21,007 bases of DNA from Thelocarpon superellum. Its lineage: Eukaryota. The first letter of the stretch is position 1. Each line of letters begins with the position of its first letter. Positions 20,271-21,007 of the stretch are shown here, in pieces. The stretch spans positions 62,001 to 83,007 of the forward strand of contig JAPEUG010000027.1 in NCBI GenBank assembly GCA_026025795.1, written 5' to 3'. The position numbers and the translations under genes are program-made. Below the pieces are notes generated by a model. It was not told the DNA's origin and ran no database searches. It worked only from the letters and a program-made list of their open reading frames with translations.

Positions 20271-21007
20271 CTCTAGGGGGGCTGCAAATTGTGGTCTGAG
20301 TCTAACATACTCGTAGGATCAAGCGCGATCAGATCGAGTCCTGGGCCGATGGCGATCCAGCACGATCAACACGCTCGTAGCGCCTTACAGCGGCTGCGGC
20401 TCAGTAGCAGCCTTTGGACACGGGTCTGTGGACATTCTGCTCTACCGCCTTTCGGCAGACGCACTTAGAGGTGCTCCATGCTACCGAGGACACACATTAC
20501 TACATAAACGGGAGTGCTCCTATCTACCTATTCAGTGAAGACCATCCCCCGAATAAGAGATGCTCGTGCGTTGGTGCTGGGGATCTTCAGTCTAGGTCCA
20601 GATGTTTTTCATTCAGGTCGCGAAGGAGAACGCACAACCACCTTGATCATCGGCCGCCATTGCCATGCCACATCACCCTAGACGTTACCGGAACACAAGA
20701 GCTTCAGCAGCTGCAAGGGACTACAGGCGCTGCGCCTAATGCCTCCCTGAACTAAGAACCAATCTGCAGCTCCGCTCAACAGGCAGCTAAAGTTTCGGGC
20801 CAAGTATGGCTACCTAGCCAAACAACCAGTAAATATCCATCTCCTTGTTGTACGAGTATTACCCGTACGAGTAGCTGCAGTACTATTTGGAGACGAGCGA
20901 AGAGCAGCCTCCGGGCAGTGAGCGGTGCGGCTCCGCGGCATCTGTCTACCATTGACAGCTTCCTTGACCGTGCCTGAGCGCATACGATCGGCAATACTCG
21001 AGCTACT
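20271..21007. other. Non-hypermutated flank, probably single-copy host DNA; no recognisable gene
   Basis: CpG is abundant here, unlike the preceding 20 kb. The short ORFs carry no motif I recognise. Confidence 0.6.

Noticed and set aside
20210..20276. Helitron 3' end (hairpin followed by CTAG)
   Set aside because: The CTAG is followed by G rather than the T of an A/T target, the hairpin is longer than typical, no Rep/helicase is present, and CTAG is very common in this window.

Overview
About 20 kb of this window is a nested cluster of dead, fungal-type Ty3/Gypsy LTR retrotransposons, heavily mutated by C->T/G->A transitions (mainly at CpG, also CpA; RIP-like). Element A (minus strand; 5' LTR 19338-19594; 3' end beyond the left edge) is split by two complete insertions. 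Element B (2117-9133, plus strand) is the same family as A, with 257-bp LTRs and TSD AGCAG/AGCAG. Element C (10228-17546, plus strand) is a different family with one gag-pol frame, 150-bp LTRs and TSD GCTAC/GCTGC. A itself appears to sit in the 3' end of a fourth element, D (19595 to about 20270). The last ~0.75 kb has normal CpG content and no recognisable gene. No intact gene was identified, and I cannot claim a new biological system. The best leads come from comparing the copies: a putative long antisense ORF in the 3' region of B (and possibly D), a tRNA-independent self-priming PBS in A/B, a reconstructable -1 frameshift pseudoknot, no polypurine tract in C, and E-box arrays in all three LTR types. 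All comparisons were done by hand.
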